Positions 50,661 to 60,864 of a stretch of 64,000 nucleotides of DNA are shown piece by piece. This DNA comes from an uncultured Acidimicrobiia bacterium. GTDB lineage: Bacteria > Actinomycetota > Acidimicrobiia > Acidimicrobiales > JACDCH01. Position 1 is the stretch's first letter, and every line of letters starts with the position of its first letter. The notes under the pieces are model-generated. The model saw only the letters and a list, made by a program, of their open reading frames with translations. It was not told where the DNA came from and did no database searches. Position numbers and translations under genes: made by a program. The stretch lies in assembly GCA_963821725.1 (NCBI GenBank), contig CAWGFA010000026.1, positions 13,906-77,905 of the forward strand. The letters run 5' to 3'.

Positions 50661-51350
50661 GCGCGCTCCTGGCAGCCGAAGCCCTCGTGGCCGGATACGA
50701 CAAGGTGACCATCGTTCGTGATCTCGATCTCGAGATTCACGAGGGCGAGCTCGTCGCACTGCTCGGACCCAATGGCTCGGGCAAGACGACCACCATCCTC
50801 ACGCTTGGCCGGAGACCTCGCGCCGCTCGGCGGTTCCGTCCGGTGTCTCGGCCTCGACCAGACGTCGTCGCTGCACCAGCGTGCCCGTGCCGGGCTCGCG
50901 CTGGTCACCGACGCGCGCGCCGTGTTCACACGGATGACCGTGGCCGAGAACCTCCGCGTTTTCCGCACCACACCAGAGGCGGTCGTCGAATTGTTCCCCG
51001 AGCTGGAAGCGCACATCGACAGACGAGTCGCGCTCCTGTCCGGCGGGCAGCAACAGATGCTCGCGCTGGGTCTCGCCCTGTCGCGCCGTCCAGCCGTGGT
51101 CCTCGCCGACGAGTTGTCCATGGGCCTCGGGCCGATGATCGTCGACCGGCTGTTCGCAGCACTTCGAACCGCGGCCGATGGCGGCGCCGGTGTGCTGCTG
51201 GTCGAACAACACGTCCACAAGGCGATGACGATCGCCGATCGCGTCTACGTCATGGATCGGGGACGCATCTCCATCAGCGGCACAGCCGATGAGCTGCGCC
51301 AACAGGTCGACGCCATCCAGTCGTCGTACCTGGCTGACACGTCAGCGTGA
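50657..51350 (+). CDS. LivF-type ABC ATPase; frame break near 50806
   Basis: The GTG at 50657 overlaps the previous stop (GTGA). Motifs: GPNGSGKTT (ORF 50657..), then ORF 50718..51350 (LSGGQQQMLALGLAL...LADELSMGL). Confidence 0.8.
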
Positions 51351-51970
51351 CGACACAGGGCGCGCCATCGCGCTGAGGAGACGGGCGAGAAATCGCTGCC
51401 ACGCCTGGTTGTCGGAAACCGGCTGACCGGCGCCGCGTTGCACCAGGAGACCGAGTTGCAGCGTCTCGATGAAGTACACGATCGAGTCGAAGTCGGCGTT
51501 CGGACTGGCGGAGCCTTCTGCGATGGCGCGCTGCACCAATGGCTCGACGATGGTCGTACGGAACTGCTTGCGGTTCTCGGCGATCGCACTCGCGATGTTG
51601 GGCTCCCTGCGCGCGGCGATGAACGCCTCGAGCTGCATGGCCTCGACGTCGTCGAGTGGACCCTCGGCGCGACTCGCCTCGACCAGCGCCTGGGCGACGG
51701 TCCGTCCCTCGAAGCGTCGAGCGATCGCGTTCTTCTCGACCTGGCGCAGGATCGCCTCCATCAAGAGCTCGTCCTTCGACGCGAAACGGCCGTACACCGC
51801 GCCGCTCGACAGGCCCGCGGCCTTCACGATGTCCATGATCCGGGTGCCGAAGTAGCCCTTCGACGCAAAGACCTGCGCGGCGGCGTCGAGCAATTGCGCG
51901 CGCGCAGGGGGTCGTCGTCGGTGTTCGCGCCGGTGTCGTCGCCGGCCCCGTCCCTGCTGGCGTCCCCCAC
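51342..51970 (-). CDS. TetR-family transcriptional regulator; frame break near 51895
   Basis: The GTG at 51970 (VGDASRDGAGDD... in ORF 51824..52192) joins the C-terminal ~185 aa of ORF 51342..53216 (LLDAAAQVFASKGYFGTRIMDIVKAAGLSSGAVYGRF). Confidence 0.8.
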
Positions 51971-51997
51971 GAGCCGCGAGGCTATGCCGCGGCCGCT

Positions 51998-52045
51998 CAG
52001 GTGTGCGCGTGAACGACGCCACAGGTCGGTTCGTGCACACACCTG
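51998..52045. promoter_or_regulatory. Long imperfect palindrome CAGGTGTGCGCGTGAAC...GTTCGTGCACACACCTG (TetR operator candidate) in the divergent intergenic region
   Basis: 14 of 17 arm positions are complementary, read directly. It lies 28 nt upstream of the TetR start. Confidence 0.45.
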
Positions 52046-52121
52046 GCCGACCGACTGCGAGGCACGAGCCGAAGAAATTCGCCCAGACGTGTCCTCTGGG
52101 CGGCCGCCCGTTCGTAGCACC

Positions 52122-52147
52122 TGTCGAACGCGGGCACCGGACCCGCC
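52122..52147 (+). promoter_or_regulatory. ECF42-type promoter candidate TGTCGA-N16-CGCC upstream of the DUF6069/YciI/ECF42 genes
   Basis: TGTCGA at 52122-52127 and CGCC at 52144-52147, followed by AGGAGG at 52152-52157 and ATG at 52164. As I recall it, the published ECF42 motif is TGTCGA (-35) with a CGTC-like -10. Confidence 0.4.
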
Positions 52148-52163
52148 GAACAGGAGGAGCCCA

Positions 52164-52590
52164 ATGAGCGCAACCACCCTGACCACAAGCATCAGCCCGG
52201 CAACCCGTACCGCTTCGAACCGTCAGCTGCTCCGTCGTGGCGCGACGGCCGGAGTCGTCGCCGCAGCCGCCACCACCGCTGTCGCCGCCGCCGCGGATGC
52301 GATCGGCGTCTCCCTGGCCGTCGGCGGCGAGTCGATCCCCCTGCTCGGCTTCGCCCAAATGACCCTCATCGCCGCCGTGATCGGCGTCGCGCTCGGCGGC
52401 CGTCATGGCTCGGCGCGCTTCCCGCGCACGGCACACCTTCATCTCGACGACGCTCGTGCTCACCGGGCTGACGTTCGTCCCGGACGTGCTCGCCGACGCG
52501 CAGACGTCGACGAAGCTCACACTCATGCTCACCCACGTCGTCGCAGCGGCCATCGTGATCCCCGCCCTCGCCTCTCGTCTGTCCGACTGA
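52164..52590 (+). CDS. Small multi-TM membrane protein (DUF6069-like); frame break near 52400
   Basis: MSATTLTT...GATAGVVAAAATTAVAAAADAIGVSLAV...MTLIAAVIGVALG (in ORF 51438..52991), then ORF 52405..52590 (TFISTTLVLTGLTFVPD...LMLTHVVAAAIVIPALA). Confidence 0.65.
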
Positions 52591-52640
52591 CCCGAACCAA
52601 CTGTCGCCACACCACCCGCCCGACCAGGAAGGATCAACAC

Positions 52641-52991
52641 ATGCCTCAATACCTGCTCTCCGTTCACCACGCCCCCGATACCCCGATGCCCTCGGACGAA
52701 GAGATGCAGAAAGGGTTCGAGCAAGTCGACCGCTTCAACGAGGAAGTGATGGCTGCCGGCGCCTGGGTGTTCGCCGGTGGACTGCATCCACCGGAGATCG
52801 CGACGGTCGTCGACGGTAGAGACACCGACCACGTCGTCATCACCGATGGCCCGTTCGCCGAGACGAAGGAGTACCTCGGCGGCTTCTGGGTCATCACTGC
52901 GCCCGACCTCGACGCCGCGCTCGACTGGGCAGCGAGGGGGTCCGCGGCGTGCATGAACCCCGTCGAGGTCCGGCCCTTCCAGGACGGTTGA
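52641..52991 (+). CDS. YciI-like / DGPF-domain protein
   Basis: [10 protein letters not shown]...[20 protein letters not shown]...[17 protein letters not shown]; ATG at 52641 is preceded by GGAAGG. Confidence 0.88.
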   Translation: MPQYLLSVHHAPDTPMPSDEEMQKGFEQVDRFNEEVMAAGAWVFAGGLHPPEIATVVDGRDTDHVVITDGPFAETKEYLGGFWVITAPDLDAALDWAARGSAACMNPVEVRPFQDG

Positions 52992-53004
52992 GCCGCCAGC
53001 GCCC

Positions 53005-54222
53005 GTGACGTCCGCCGACCACACAGCACTCGAACGGGTCTTCCGCGAGGAGTCCGGTCGAGTCATCGCAACCCTGATCCGCCTCTTCGGTGACATCGAC
53101 ATCGCCGAAGAGGCGGTGCAGGAAGCGTTCGTGGTCGCGAGCGAACGGTGGCCGAAGGATGGCCTACCTCCGAACCCCGGTGGCTGGATCACCACGACGG
53201 CGCGGAATCGGGCCATCGACCGTCTGCGCCGCGAGTCCTCCCGCCACGACCGTCACGTCCAGGCTTTCGCGCTCGCCGATCCCGACGACGTCATCGAGCA
53301 AGCCGCGGACATGAAGGACGATCGCCTTCGCCTCATCTTCACGTGCTGCCATCCTGCGCTCGCGCCCGCAGCACAGATCGCGCTCACGTTGCGCTTGCTC
53401 GGCGGACTCGAGATTGCCTACATCGCCCGGGCGTTCCTCGTCCCCGAGCCGACGATGGCCAAGCGGCTCGTCCGGGCGAAACAGAAGATCCGTGACGCCA
53501 AGATCCCATACCGCGTGCCGAAGACGTCGGAGCTCCCCGACCGTCTACCGCCCGTGCTCGCCGTTCTCTACCTCATCTTCAACGAGGGATACACGGCAAC
53601 CGAGGGCGACGCGCTCATCCGAGCCGACCTGTGCGTCGAGTCGATCAGGTTGACGCGGGTGCTCGCCGATCTCATGCCCGACGAGCCGGAGGTGCTCGGT
53701 CTGCTCGCGCTGCTGCTGCTGATCGAGGCACGGCGGCACGCTCGCACGCGCGCCGACGGCACGATGGTCCTGTTGAGCGAGCAGGATCGAAGGCGATGGG
53801 ACCGAGATCTGATCGACGAAGGCCAGGCGATCGTGCGCCGCTGCCTGCGCCGCAACCAACCCGGGCCGTATCAGATCCAGGCCGCGATCAACGCGGTGCA
53901 CAGTGATGCGGCGACCGCGTCCGACACCGACTGGCAGCAGGTGCTCGCGCTCTACGACCAACTGCTGACGGTCGCTCCGACTCCTGTCGTCGCGCTCAAC
54001 CGCGCCGTCGCCGTCGCCGAGGTGCACGGACCTGCTCTCGCGCTCGCCGCGATCGAGGACCTCGACCTCGACGACTACCACCTGTACCACGCCACCCGTG
54101 GTGAGCTGCTGGCTCGGCTCGACCGGCGCGACGACGCCCGCCGCGCCTACGAGCGCGCCTCCGACCTCACGACGAACGCCAGCGAGGTCGAGCTCCTCGA
54201 CGCAAAGCGCCGGTCACTCTGA
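53005..54222 (+). CDS. ECF sigma factor with long C-terminal TPR-like extension (ECF42 group)
   Basis: Intact 405-aa ORF: [30 protein letters not shown]...[21 protein letters not shown]...FTCCHPAL. It sits next to a YciI/DGPF gene, as is typical for this group. Confidence 0.9.
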   Translation: MTSADHTALERVFREESGRVIATLIRLFGDIDIAEEAVQEAFVVASERWPKDGLPPNPGGWITTTARNRAIDRLRRESSRHDRHVQAFALADPDDVIEQAADMKDDRLRLIFTCCHPALAPAAQIALTLRLLGGLEIAYIARAFLVPEPTMAKRLVRAKQKIRDAKIPYRVPKTSELPDRLPPVLAVLYLIFNEGYTATEGDALIRADLCVESIRLTRVLADLMPDEPEVLGLLALLLLIEARRHARTRADGTMVLLSEQDRRRWDRDLIDEGQAIVRRCLRRNQPGPYQIQAAINAVHSDAATASDTDWQQVLALYDQLLTVAPTPVVALNRAVAVAEVHGPALALAAIEDLDLDDYHLYHATRGELLARLDRRDDARRAYERASDLTTNASEVELLDAKRRSL

Positions 54223-54241
54223 CGCCGGCGTGCGGCCGCTG

Positions 54242-56266
54242 TCACGGGTGACAGGGACCGGTGCCGCACTCGTCGACGAACGCGCCGTTGGGCTGCAGGA
54301 ACTGCGACACCTGATCGCGCACTGCCGGGACGTTGCGCGCCGCTCCGTGCGGATCGCTACCGAACTGCGGCGACTCGGGCGGAAGGCTTTCGATGGGCGG
54401 CGCAGGTGTGCCGAAGTCCCACAACTCCAGCACCGAACCGGCGAACGGCGACGACGGCACGGAGGGGATGCCCCACATCGGCGTCACGTCGTTGCTGCGG
54501 CCGGGTGCGATGGCGGGCTGACGCACGAACGCGCCGATCGTGCGCGCCTCCGTCTCGGTGCCGATGTTGGCGACCTGGTGGTCGCCGAAGGCCTCGACCA
54601 GCATCACTTGGTGGTTCGGCGTCCCCGGATAGGGGTCCGAGATCATGTGTTGCGCGTAGCCGTCGGGCTCACCGCGGTCCCACAGGATCTGGTTCATGGC
54701 GACGCCCAACGTGTACTGCTTCTGGTCGGGATACGACACCCGCAACAACGCGAGGAACGGGTCGAAGTCGACGCTGCGCGGCAGCAGGACGCTGTAGTTC
54801 ATCGCCGGGACACCCAGCACGGCACGAGTCCACTCCTTCGAGATCGCGGTGGCCGAGCCGCCGAAGATCCCTCCCTGGCTGTTGCCGTTGTAGAAGACGT
54901 CGTTGGGCACGAGCGGTGACGCCGCCGGCGTTCCGACCTGGAACGCCGGGTTGGCGCCGAAGCCACGCGGATCGTTCATCAGCCGCGCCAGGAACTGCAT
55001 GTTCAACATGCCTTGCTCGAGACGATCGGGTATGGATCCGAACGTCGAGAAGTCGGCGATCGTGCGGGCCACGTTCGGGACGTCGTCCTGAGCCATGCCG
55101 ATCTCGGGCGTCGCGCAGATCACCATGTCGTACTGATCGATGAATGGCGCGAAACCTTCGATCTCGTTCGTGCCGCCGAGCAGCCCGTGCCCGTACACGA
55201 TCCCGCGACCCGGGTTCACCTTGCCGTCGGAACCGACCGCGGAAGCGGGAATGAGACAGCGGAACTCTGCGTGGAACGTTCCGACGCTCATCGGCAGTCC
55301 GTCGGCACCGAGAACCAGGCGTCCACCGGGCGCGCCACCGTTCGTCATGTAGAGGGGCACGTCGAACGTCCCTTGCACGCGACGCACGACGTCGCTGTTC
55401 GGGTTCTGGTCGACGTGCGTCACGTTCACGGCCGGCACGCCGGCGCCGAGTTGTGCATACGCGTCGTCGCGCATGTGCAGCATCCCGCCCGCAAGGTTCT
55501 GCTCGCTCCCGACGGTGAAGTCCCAGGCGAGGTACAGGCTCTGGCGCCGGACGCCCGCTCGCTGCAACCCATGGAAGATGTCCTTCATGGACTGCCGGCG
55601 CTGGATGACCGCGGGATCGAAGCTCGGCCGGTGGTCACGGAACCTCGCGAACGCGGGCGAAGCAGGAATGGTGTTGCCGTTGGAGTCCTTGATGTTGCGC
55701 AGCGCCACGATGATGTGATGTCCCTCGGCGAAGTTGCGCGCCGGACGAACCACCAGTGCCCGGGTCGACTGGTCGGTGTTCCACGTGTCGAGCTCGGCCC
55801 AGTACGGAACGCGTGCGCCGGTGTCCGTGTCGAGGAGGACGATCGGCGCGTCTTGATCGAGCGAGCGCCCGATGTCGGTGATCGGCGCCGCGCCCGTTTT
55901 TGCGAGGTCGATGCCGGGGACGCGGACGATGATCGTGGACCCGGGACTGAAACCGTCACTGCGGTTGATGTCGGTCGGGTCGACGTGAACGCCCTTGACG
56001 TTGGCCGGCATCAGGTCGCGCGGGTAGTCGAGGTGGTGGCCTGTCGGCTTCGACGGGTCAGGCGTCGTGAAGAAGTCGTCGGGGAACGGCGTGAGGCACT
56101 GCGTCGTGTCGATCGGATCGCACGCGGCCACCGACGGCTGCTTCTTCAACTGGCCGGGCGGTCCCCCGTGCGGGTTGTCGGCCCCGCTCGGCGCGGCGGC
56201 GAACGTCATCGCGACGACCAACGCGACCGCAACCGCGACAGCCGTCACCATTCTCTTCCGACCCAT
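54242..56266 (-). CDS. Secreted ~675-aa protein, probable alpha/beta-fold hydrolase (GNSQGG elbow), family unknown
   Basis: Intact ORF 54242..56317. The likely start is MGRKRMVTAVAVAVALVVAMTFAAAPSGA at 56266, a signal peptide preceded by GGGGGGAG. Other motifs: GIVYGHGLLG, YNGNSQGGIFGG. Confidence 0.8.
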   Translation of the reverse strand: MGRKRMVTAVAVAVALVVAMTFAAAPSGADNPHGGPPGQLKKQPSVAACDPIDTTQCLTPFPDDFFTTPDPSKPTGHHLDYPRDLMPANVKGVHVDPTDINRSDGFSPGSTIIVRVPGIDLAKTGAAPITDIGRSLDQDAPIVLLDTDTGARVPYWAELDTWNTDQSTRALVVRPARNFAEGHHIIVALRNIKDSNGNTIPASPAFARFRDHRPSFDPAVIQRRQSMKDIFHGLQRAGVRRQSLYLAWDFTVGSEQNLAGGMLHMRDDAYAQLGAGVPAVNVTHVDQNPNSDVVRRVQGTFDVPLYMTNGGAPGGRLVLGADGLPMSVGTFHAEFRCLIPASAVGSDGKVNPGRGIVYGHGLLGGTNEIEGFAPFIDQYDMVICATPEIGMAQDDVPNVARTIADFSTFGSIPDRLEQGMLNMQFLARLMNDPRGFGANPAFQVGTPAASPLVPNDVFYNGNSQGGIFGGSATAISKEWTRAVLGVPAMNYSVLLPRSVDFDPFLALLRVSYPDQKQYTLGVAMNQILWDRGEPDGYAQHMISDPYPGTPNHQVMLVEAFGDHQVANIGTETEARTIGAFVRQPAIAPGRSNDVTPMWGIPSVPSSPFAGSVLELWDFGTPAPPIESLPPESPQFGSDPHGAARNVPAVRDQVSQFLQPNGAFVDECGTGPCHP

Positions 56267-56343
56267 GCTGGACTCCCCCCGTACGTGTTGCTGTGCCGTC
56301 GGCGACCCTCGCCCCAACTCGCGGCGCTACGCGCCGCGCCCGA

Positions 56344-56910
56344 TCACACCTTGACGGCTGCGCGTGCCGGCGCGTGACGGACATCGGACTCGTCGAGCGT
56401 CCTCGTCCAAGATGCGAACTCGAGCATCGTGCCGTTGGGGTCGCGGAAGTACATCGAGCGGATGAACACATCGCCGTCGTCAGTCGCTGCGCCGTAGTCC
56501 GGCTTGTGCCCACCGTCGAGCGAGTTGGCGTGGTTGATGATCTCGGTGACCTGCACGCCCTTGTCGAGCAGCCTCGCTCGGTACTCCTCCATCTTCTCCG
56601 GCGGTACGTCGAAGGCGACGTGGTTCATCGAGCCGATGGCGCTCATGCCGTTGCGGCCCTGGATCGACTCGCCGCGCACACCCTCGGGAGCCTCCGGGAA
56701 CCAGAAGAACGCGATGCCGTCGACGCCGTTCCCCATGTCGAGGAAGAAGTGCTGGCCTCGATCGCCCGGCAGTTCGAGCGTCTTGACGAGTTTCATGCCG
56801 AGCACGTCCTCGTACCAGGCCACGGTCTCGGCCATGTCGCGACACACGAGCGCGAGGTGGTTGATACCGCGCAACTCGAACTCGGTGTTGGTGCTCCCGG
56901 TCGCAGCCAT
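56344..56910 (-). CDS. VOC / glyoxalase-family protein
   Basis: Intact 188-aa ORF: INHLALVCRDMAETVAWYEDVLGM...MNHVAFDV...YFRDPNGTMLEF. Confidence 0.85.
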   Translation of the reverse strand: MAATGSTNTEFELRGINHLALVCRDMAETVAWYEDVLGMKLVKTLELPGDRGQHFFLDMGNGVDGIAFFWFPEAPEGVRGESIQGRNGMSAIGSMNHVAFDVPPEKMEEYRARLLDKGVQVTEIINHANSLDGGHKPDYGAATDDGDVFIRSMYFRDPNGTMLEFASWTRTLDESDVRHAPARAAVKV

Positions 56911-57018
56911 GGACCCTCCCGAAGACGTAGTTGGCCATTGGACACCATCGGTCGCGAGCGGGTCAAGGCATCGTCGTCGTCAGGGTTGGCTGACACACAC
57001 TTCCTATACAGTCCTGCC

Positions 57019-57675
57019 GTGCCGAGACTCCGCGAGGTTCCAAAGTCCGAGGCCAGCGCGCCGATCGTCCTGTCGATGTACAAGCGACTGTTCGGTGATC
57101 GAGACCCCGTGGCCGAGCCGGGCACCGCGACCGGCACTCCCGGGGACTGGTGGACCGTTTTCGCCAACTCGCCCGACGTGATGGAGCACGCGTGTCGGGG
57201 CTTCGCGCTCTACGCCAGCCCCGATCGCAAGGTTCCGCCGGAGCTCCGCGAGCTCGGCCAGACCCGGGCCGGATGGGTCGTGGGCAGTCAGTTCGTGTTC
57301 TCGCAGCATTGCAAGTCGTGCCGGGCCCTCGGCTACTCGGAGGAGAAGATCCAGGCGCTGAAGGCGTGGCAGGTGTCGGATCTGTTCTCGCCCGTCGAGC
57401 GCGCGCTGCTCGCGTACACCGACGCGTTGGTGCTCGGGTTCGGTCGCGTCGACGACGCTGTTTTCGCCGCGCTGAAGAACCATCTGAGCGACGAGGCGAT
57501 CCTCGAGTTCACCTACATCACCATGATGTACACGATGCACGCCGTCATCTCCCGCGCGCTGCGCCTCGAGTACGACGAGCGCGACGACCCGATCACAGAG
57601 ATCGCCGCCCCGTCCGACTACCAAGCGGAGAACCTCGGGCGTCAGATCGGCTACGAGGTCGAACACAAGGAGTAG
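57019..57675 (+). CDS. Carboxymuconolactone decarboxylase (AhpD-like) family protein
   Basis: The last 218 aa of ORF 56293..57675 from the GTG at 57019: ELGQTRAGWVVGSQFVFSQHCKSCRALG...ERALLAYTDALV. Confidence 0.75.
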   Translation: MPRLREVPKSEASAPIVLSMYKRLFGDRDPVAEPGTATGTPGDWWTVFANSPDVMEHACRGFALYASPDRKVPPELRELGQTRAGWVVGSQFVFSQHCKSCRALGYSEEKIQALKAWQVSDLFSPVERALLAYTDALVLGFGRVDDAVFAALKNHLSDEAILEFTYITMMYTMHAVISRALRLEYDERDDPITEIAAPSDYQAENLGRQIGYEVEHKE

Positions 57676-57685
57676 ACCGCCCGCG

Positions 57686-58864
57686 ATGCCCACCTTCGAT
57701 CAGATCGCGACGGCGTTGGAGCACCAGGCGATCGAGCTGCCGTCGTGGGCGTTCGGCAACTCGGGAACACGCTTCAAGGTGTTCGCGCAGGCCGGTGTGC
57801 CACGCGACCCGTTCGAGAAGATCACCGATGCCGCGCAGGTGCATCTCCACACCGGCCTCGCGCCGTCGGTGGCGTTGCACATCCCGTGGGATCGGGTCGA
57901 CGACTTCGACAAGCTTCGCCGTCATGCCGAGGACCTCGGTGTCCGGCTCGGGACCATCAACACGAACACGTTCCAGGACGACGACTACAAGCTCGGAAGC
58001 TTGTGCCACGTCGACGAGGGCGTCCGGCAGAAGGCGATCGCGCACATGCTCGAGTGCGTCGACGTCATGGACGCCACCGGGAGCCGCGATCTCAAGATCT
58101 GGCTGCCCGACGGCCTCAACTATCCCGGACAGGGCGATCTGCGCGATCGGCAAGAGCGGCTCGCGGACTGCTTGCAGACGGTGTACGCGCGCCTCGGTGG
58201 ACACCAGCGTCTCGTCCTCGAGTACAAGCTGTTCGAGCCCGCGTTCTATGCGACCGACGTGCCGGACTGGGGAACCGCGTACGTGCAGTGCGTTGCGTTG
58301 GGCGAGCGCGCCGTCGTGTGCCTGGACACCGGACACCACGCGCCGAGCACGAACATCGAGTTCATCGTCATGCAGCTGCTACGGCTCGGACGGCTGGGCG
58401 CGTTCGACTTCAACTCCCGGTTCTACGCGGACGACGATCTCGTGGTCGGCGCCGCCGATCCGTTCCAACTGTTCCGCATCCTGTTCGAGGTCGTACGCGG
58501 TGGCGGCTACCCGGGCACATTGGTTGACGAGACCCAGTTCAGCTTCATGCTCGACCAGTGCCACAACATCGAAGCGAAGATCCCCGGACAGATCCGTTCG
58601 GTGTTGAACGTGCAGGAGATGACGGCCCGGGCATTGCTGGTCGATCGCGACGCCTTGCGCGACGCGGAGCACGCAGGCGATGTGCTCGCCGCGAACGGGA
58701 TCCTGATGGACGCGTTCTACACCGACGTGCGGACTGACCTGGCCGCCTGGCGCGCGTCGCGGGGTGTGCCGGCAGATCCCATGGCCTCGTACGCGGCGAG
58801 CGGCTACCAGGACCGCATCGTCGCCGACCGGGTCGGCGGTGAGCAGGCGGGATGGGGCGCGTGA
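57686..58864 (+). CDS. rhaI: L-rhamnose isomerase (actinobacterial TIM-barrel type)
   Basis: Intact 392-aa ORF: IELPSWAFGNSGTRFKVF...LHIPWD...INTNTFQDDDYKLGSL...LDTGHH. Confidence 0.88.
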   Translation: MPTFDQIATALEHQAIELPSWAFGNSGTRFKVFAQAGVPRDPFEKITDAAQVHLHTGLAPSVALHIPWDRVDDFDKLRRHAEDLGVRLGTINTNTFQDDDYKLGSLCHVDEGVRQKAIAHMLECVDVMDATGSRDLKIWLPDGLNYPGQGDLRDRQERLADCLQTVYARLGGHQRLVLEYKLFEPAFYATDVPDWGTAYVQCVALGERAVVCLDTGHHAPSTNIEFIVMQLLRLGRLGAFDFNSRFYADDDLVVGAADPFQLFRILFEVVRGGGYPGTLVDETQFSFMLDQCHNIEAKIPGQIRSVLNVQEMTARALLVDRDALRDAEHAGDVLAANGILMDAFYTDVRTDLAAWRASRGVPADPMASYAASGYQDRIVADRVGGEQAGWGA

Positions 58865-60856
58865 CGGTCGTCGACGAGCTACTCGCTCGGTCGCATCGGC
58901 TCGGTGCAGACCGCCGAAACACCAACTATGCGGGGGGCAACACGTCAGCGAAGGGGATCGACGTCGACCCCGTCACCGGCGAGGACGTCGAGTTGCTGTG
59001 GGTGAAGGGATCCGGCGGCGATCTCGGCACGCTCACCGAAGCCGGCCTCGCCGTTCTTCGCCTCGACCGGCTGCGGTCGCTCGTCGACGTGTATCCGGGC
59101 GAGGCGCGCGAGGACGAGATGGTCGCGTTGTTCGATTTCTGTCGCCACGGGCCCGGCGGCGCAGCGCCGTCGATCGACACCGCCATGCACGCGCTCGTGA
59201 CCGCCGCACATGTCGACCATCTGCACCCCGACAGCGGCATCGCCATCGCCACGGCGGTCGACGGTGAGCAGTTGACCAAGGACATCTACGGCGACAGGGT
59301 CGTGTGGGTGCCGTGGCGGCGCCCCGGCTTCCAGCTCGGCCTCGACATCGCCGCGGTGCAGCGCACGAACGTCGAAGCGGTCGGCGTGATCCTCGGTGGC
59401 CATGGCATCACCGCGTGGGGTGCGACCAGCGACGAGGCGGAGCGCAACAGTCGTTGGATCATCGAGACCGCGCAGGCGTATCTCGACCTGCACGGCGATC
59501 CCGAGCCGTTCGGTCCGATCGTCGACGATCGCCGGCCGCTGCCCCACGACGGAACGACGCGTGGTGGCCGCACGGCTTGCGCCGAGGCTGCGCGCCGTCG
59601 CCTCGCACGACGCTCGCATGGTCGGCCACTTCGACGACAGCGACCTGGTGCTCGACTTCCTCGCGCGCGAGAAGCTCGATGCGCTCGTGCCGCTCGGCAC
59701 CTCGTGTCCCGATCATTTCCTGCGAACGAAGATCAAGCCGATGGTCGTCGACGCGACCGCGACGGACGACGAGCTGGCAGAGGGACACGAGCAGTATCGC
59801 GACGACTACCGCGCCTACTACGAGCGGCACGCGTCCGCGGACTCGCCGCCGATGCGAGGCGCCGATCCCGCGATCATCCTCGTGCCGGGCGTCGGCATGT
59901 TCTCCTACGGCCGCGACAAGCAGACCGCACGCGTCGCTGGCGAGTTCTACGCCAACGCGATCAACGTGATGCGCGGCGCCGAGTCGGTATCGACGTACGC
60001 GCCGATCGACGAGCGCGAGAAGTTCCGCATCGAGTACTGGGCGCTGGAGGAGGCGAAGCTGCAGCGGCTCCCGAAGCCGAAGCGTCACGCCGGACGCGTC
60101 GCCCTGGTCACTGGGGGCGCCAGCGGCATCGGCAAGGCGATCACGGAACGGCTCGTCGACGACGGTGCGTGCGTCGTGGTCGCCGACCTCCAGGTCGACA
60201 ACGTGGACGAACAACCCGACCGGCTCGTGAGCGTGCGGACCGACGTGACCGACGCCGCGTCCGTCCGGGGTGCGATCGTCAGGGCGCTCCTCGCCTTCGG
60301 CGGCATCGACCTCGTCGTCAACAACGCCGGGCTGTCGATCTCCAAGCCGTTGCTCGAGACGACCGAGCGCGACTGGGATCTCCAGCACGACGTGATGGCC
60401 AAGGGAAGCTTTCTCGTAGCCCGAGAGGCAGCCAGAGCCATGATCGACCAGCGCCTCGGCGGCGACATCGTCTACATCGCGTCGAAGAACGCTGTGTTCG
60501 CCGGTCCGAGCAACGTGGCGTACGGGGCCGCCAAGGCAGACCAGGCGCACCAGGTCCGGCTCCTGGCGGCCGAGCTCGGCGAGCACGGCATCCGCGTCAA
60601 TGGTGTCAACCCCGATGGCGTGGTGCGCGGGAGTGGCATCTTCGCCGCCGGATGGGGCGCGCAACGCGCTGCGGTCTACGGCGTACCCGAAGAGCAACTC
60701 GGCGCGTTCTACGCGCAGCGCACGCTCCTCAAGCGAGAGGTGCTTCCCGAGCACGTCGCCAACGCAGTCGCCGCGCTGTGCTCCGATGAGTTCAGCCACA
60801 CCACCGGGCTGGTGCTGCCCGTCGATGCCGGCGTCGCCGCCGCCTTCCTGCGCTAG
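58852..60856 (+). CDS. Bifunctional rhamnulose-1-phosphate aldolase / short-chain dehydrogenase; frame break near 59550
   Basis: ORF 58852..60789 gives the N-terminus (TNYAGGNTSAKG...LLWVKGSGGDLGTL...). ORF 59396..60856 gives the rest (…VALVTGGASGIGKA...NNAGLS...YGAAKAD). The start is the ATG at 58852 or the GTG at 58861 (GTGA overlap with rhaI). Confidence 0.82.
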
Positions 60857-60864
60857 GACGATCG

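Noticed and set aside
54239-54254. Palindrome CTGTCAC-GG-GTGACAG as a bidirectional terminator between convergent genes
   Set aside because: The loop is too short for a stable RNA hairpin, there is no U tract, and it overlaps the stop codon of the 54242 gene. It is too weak to call.
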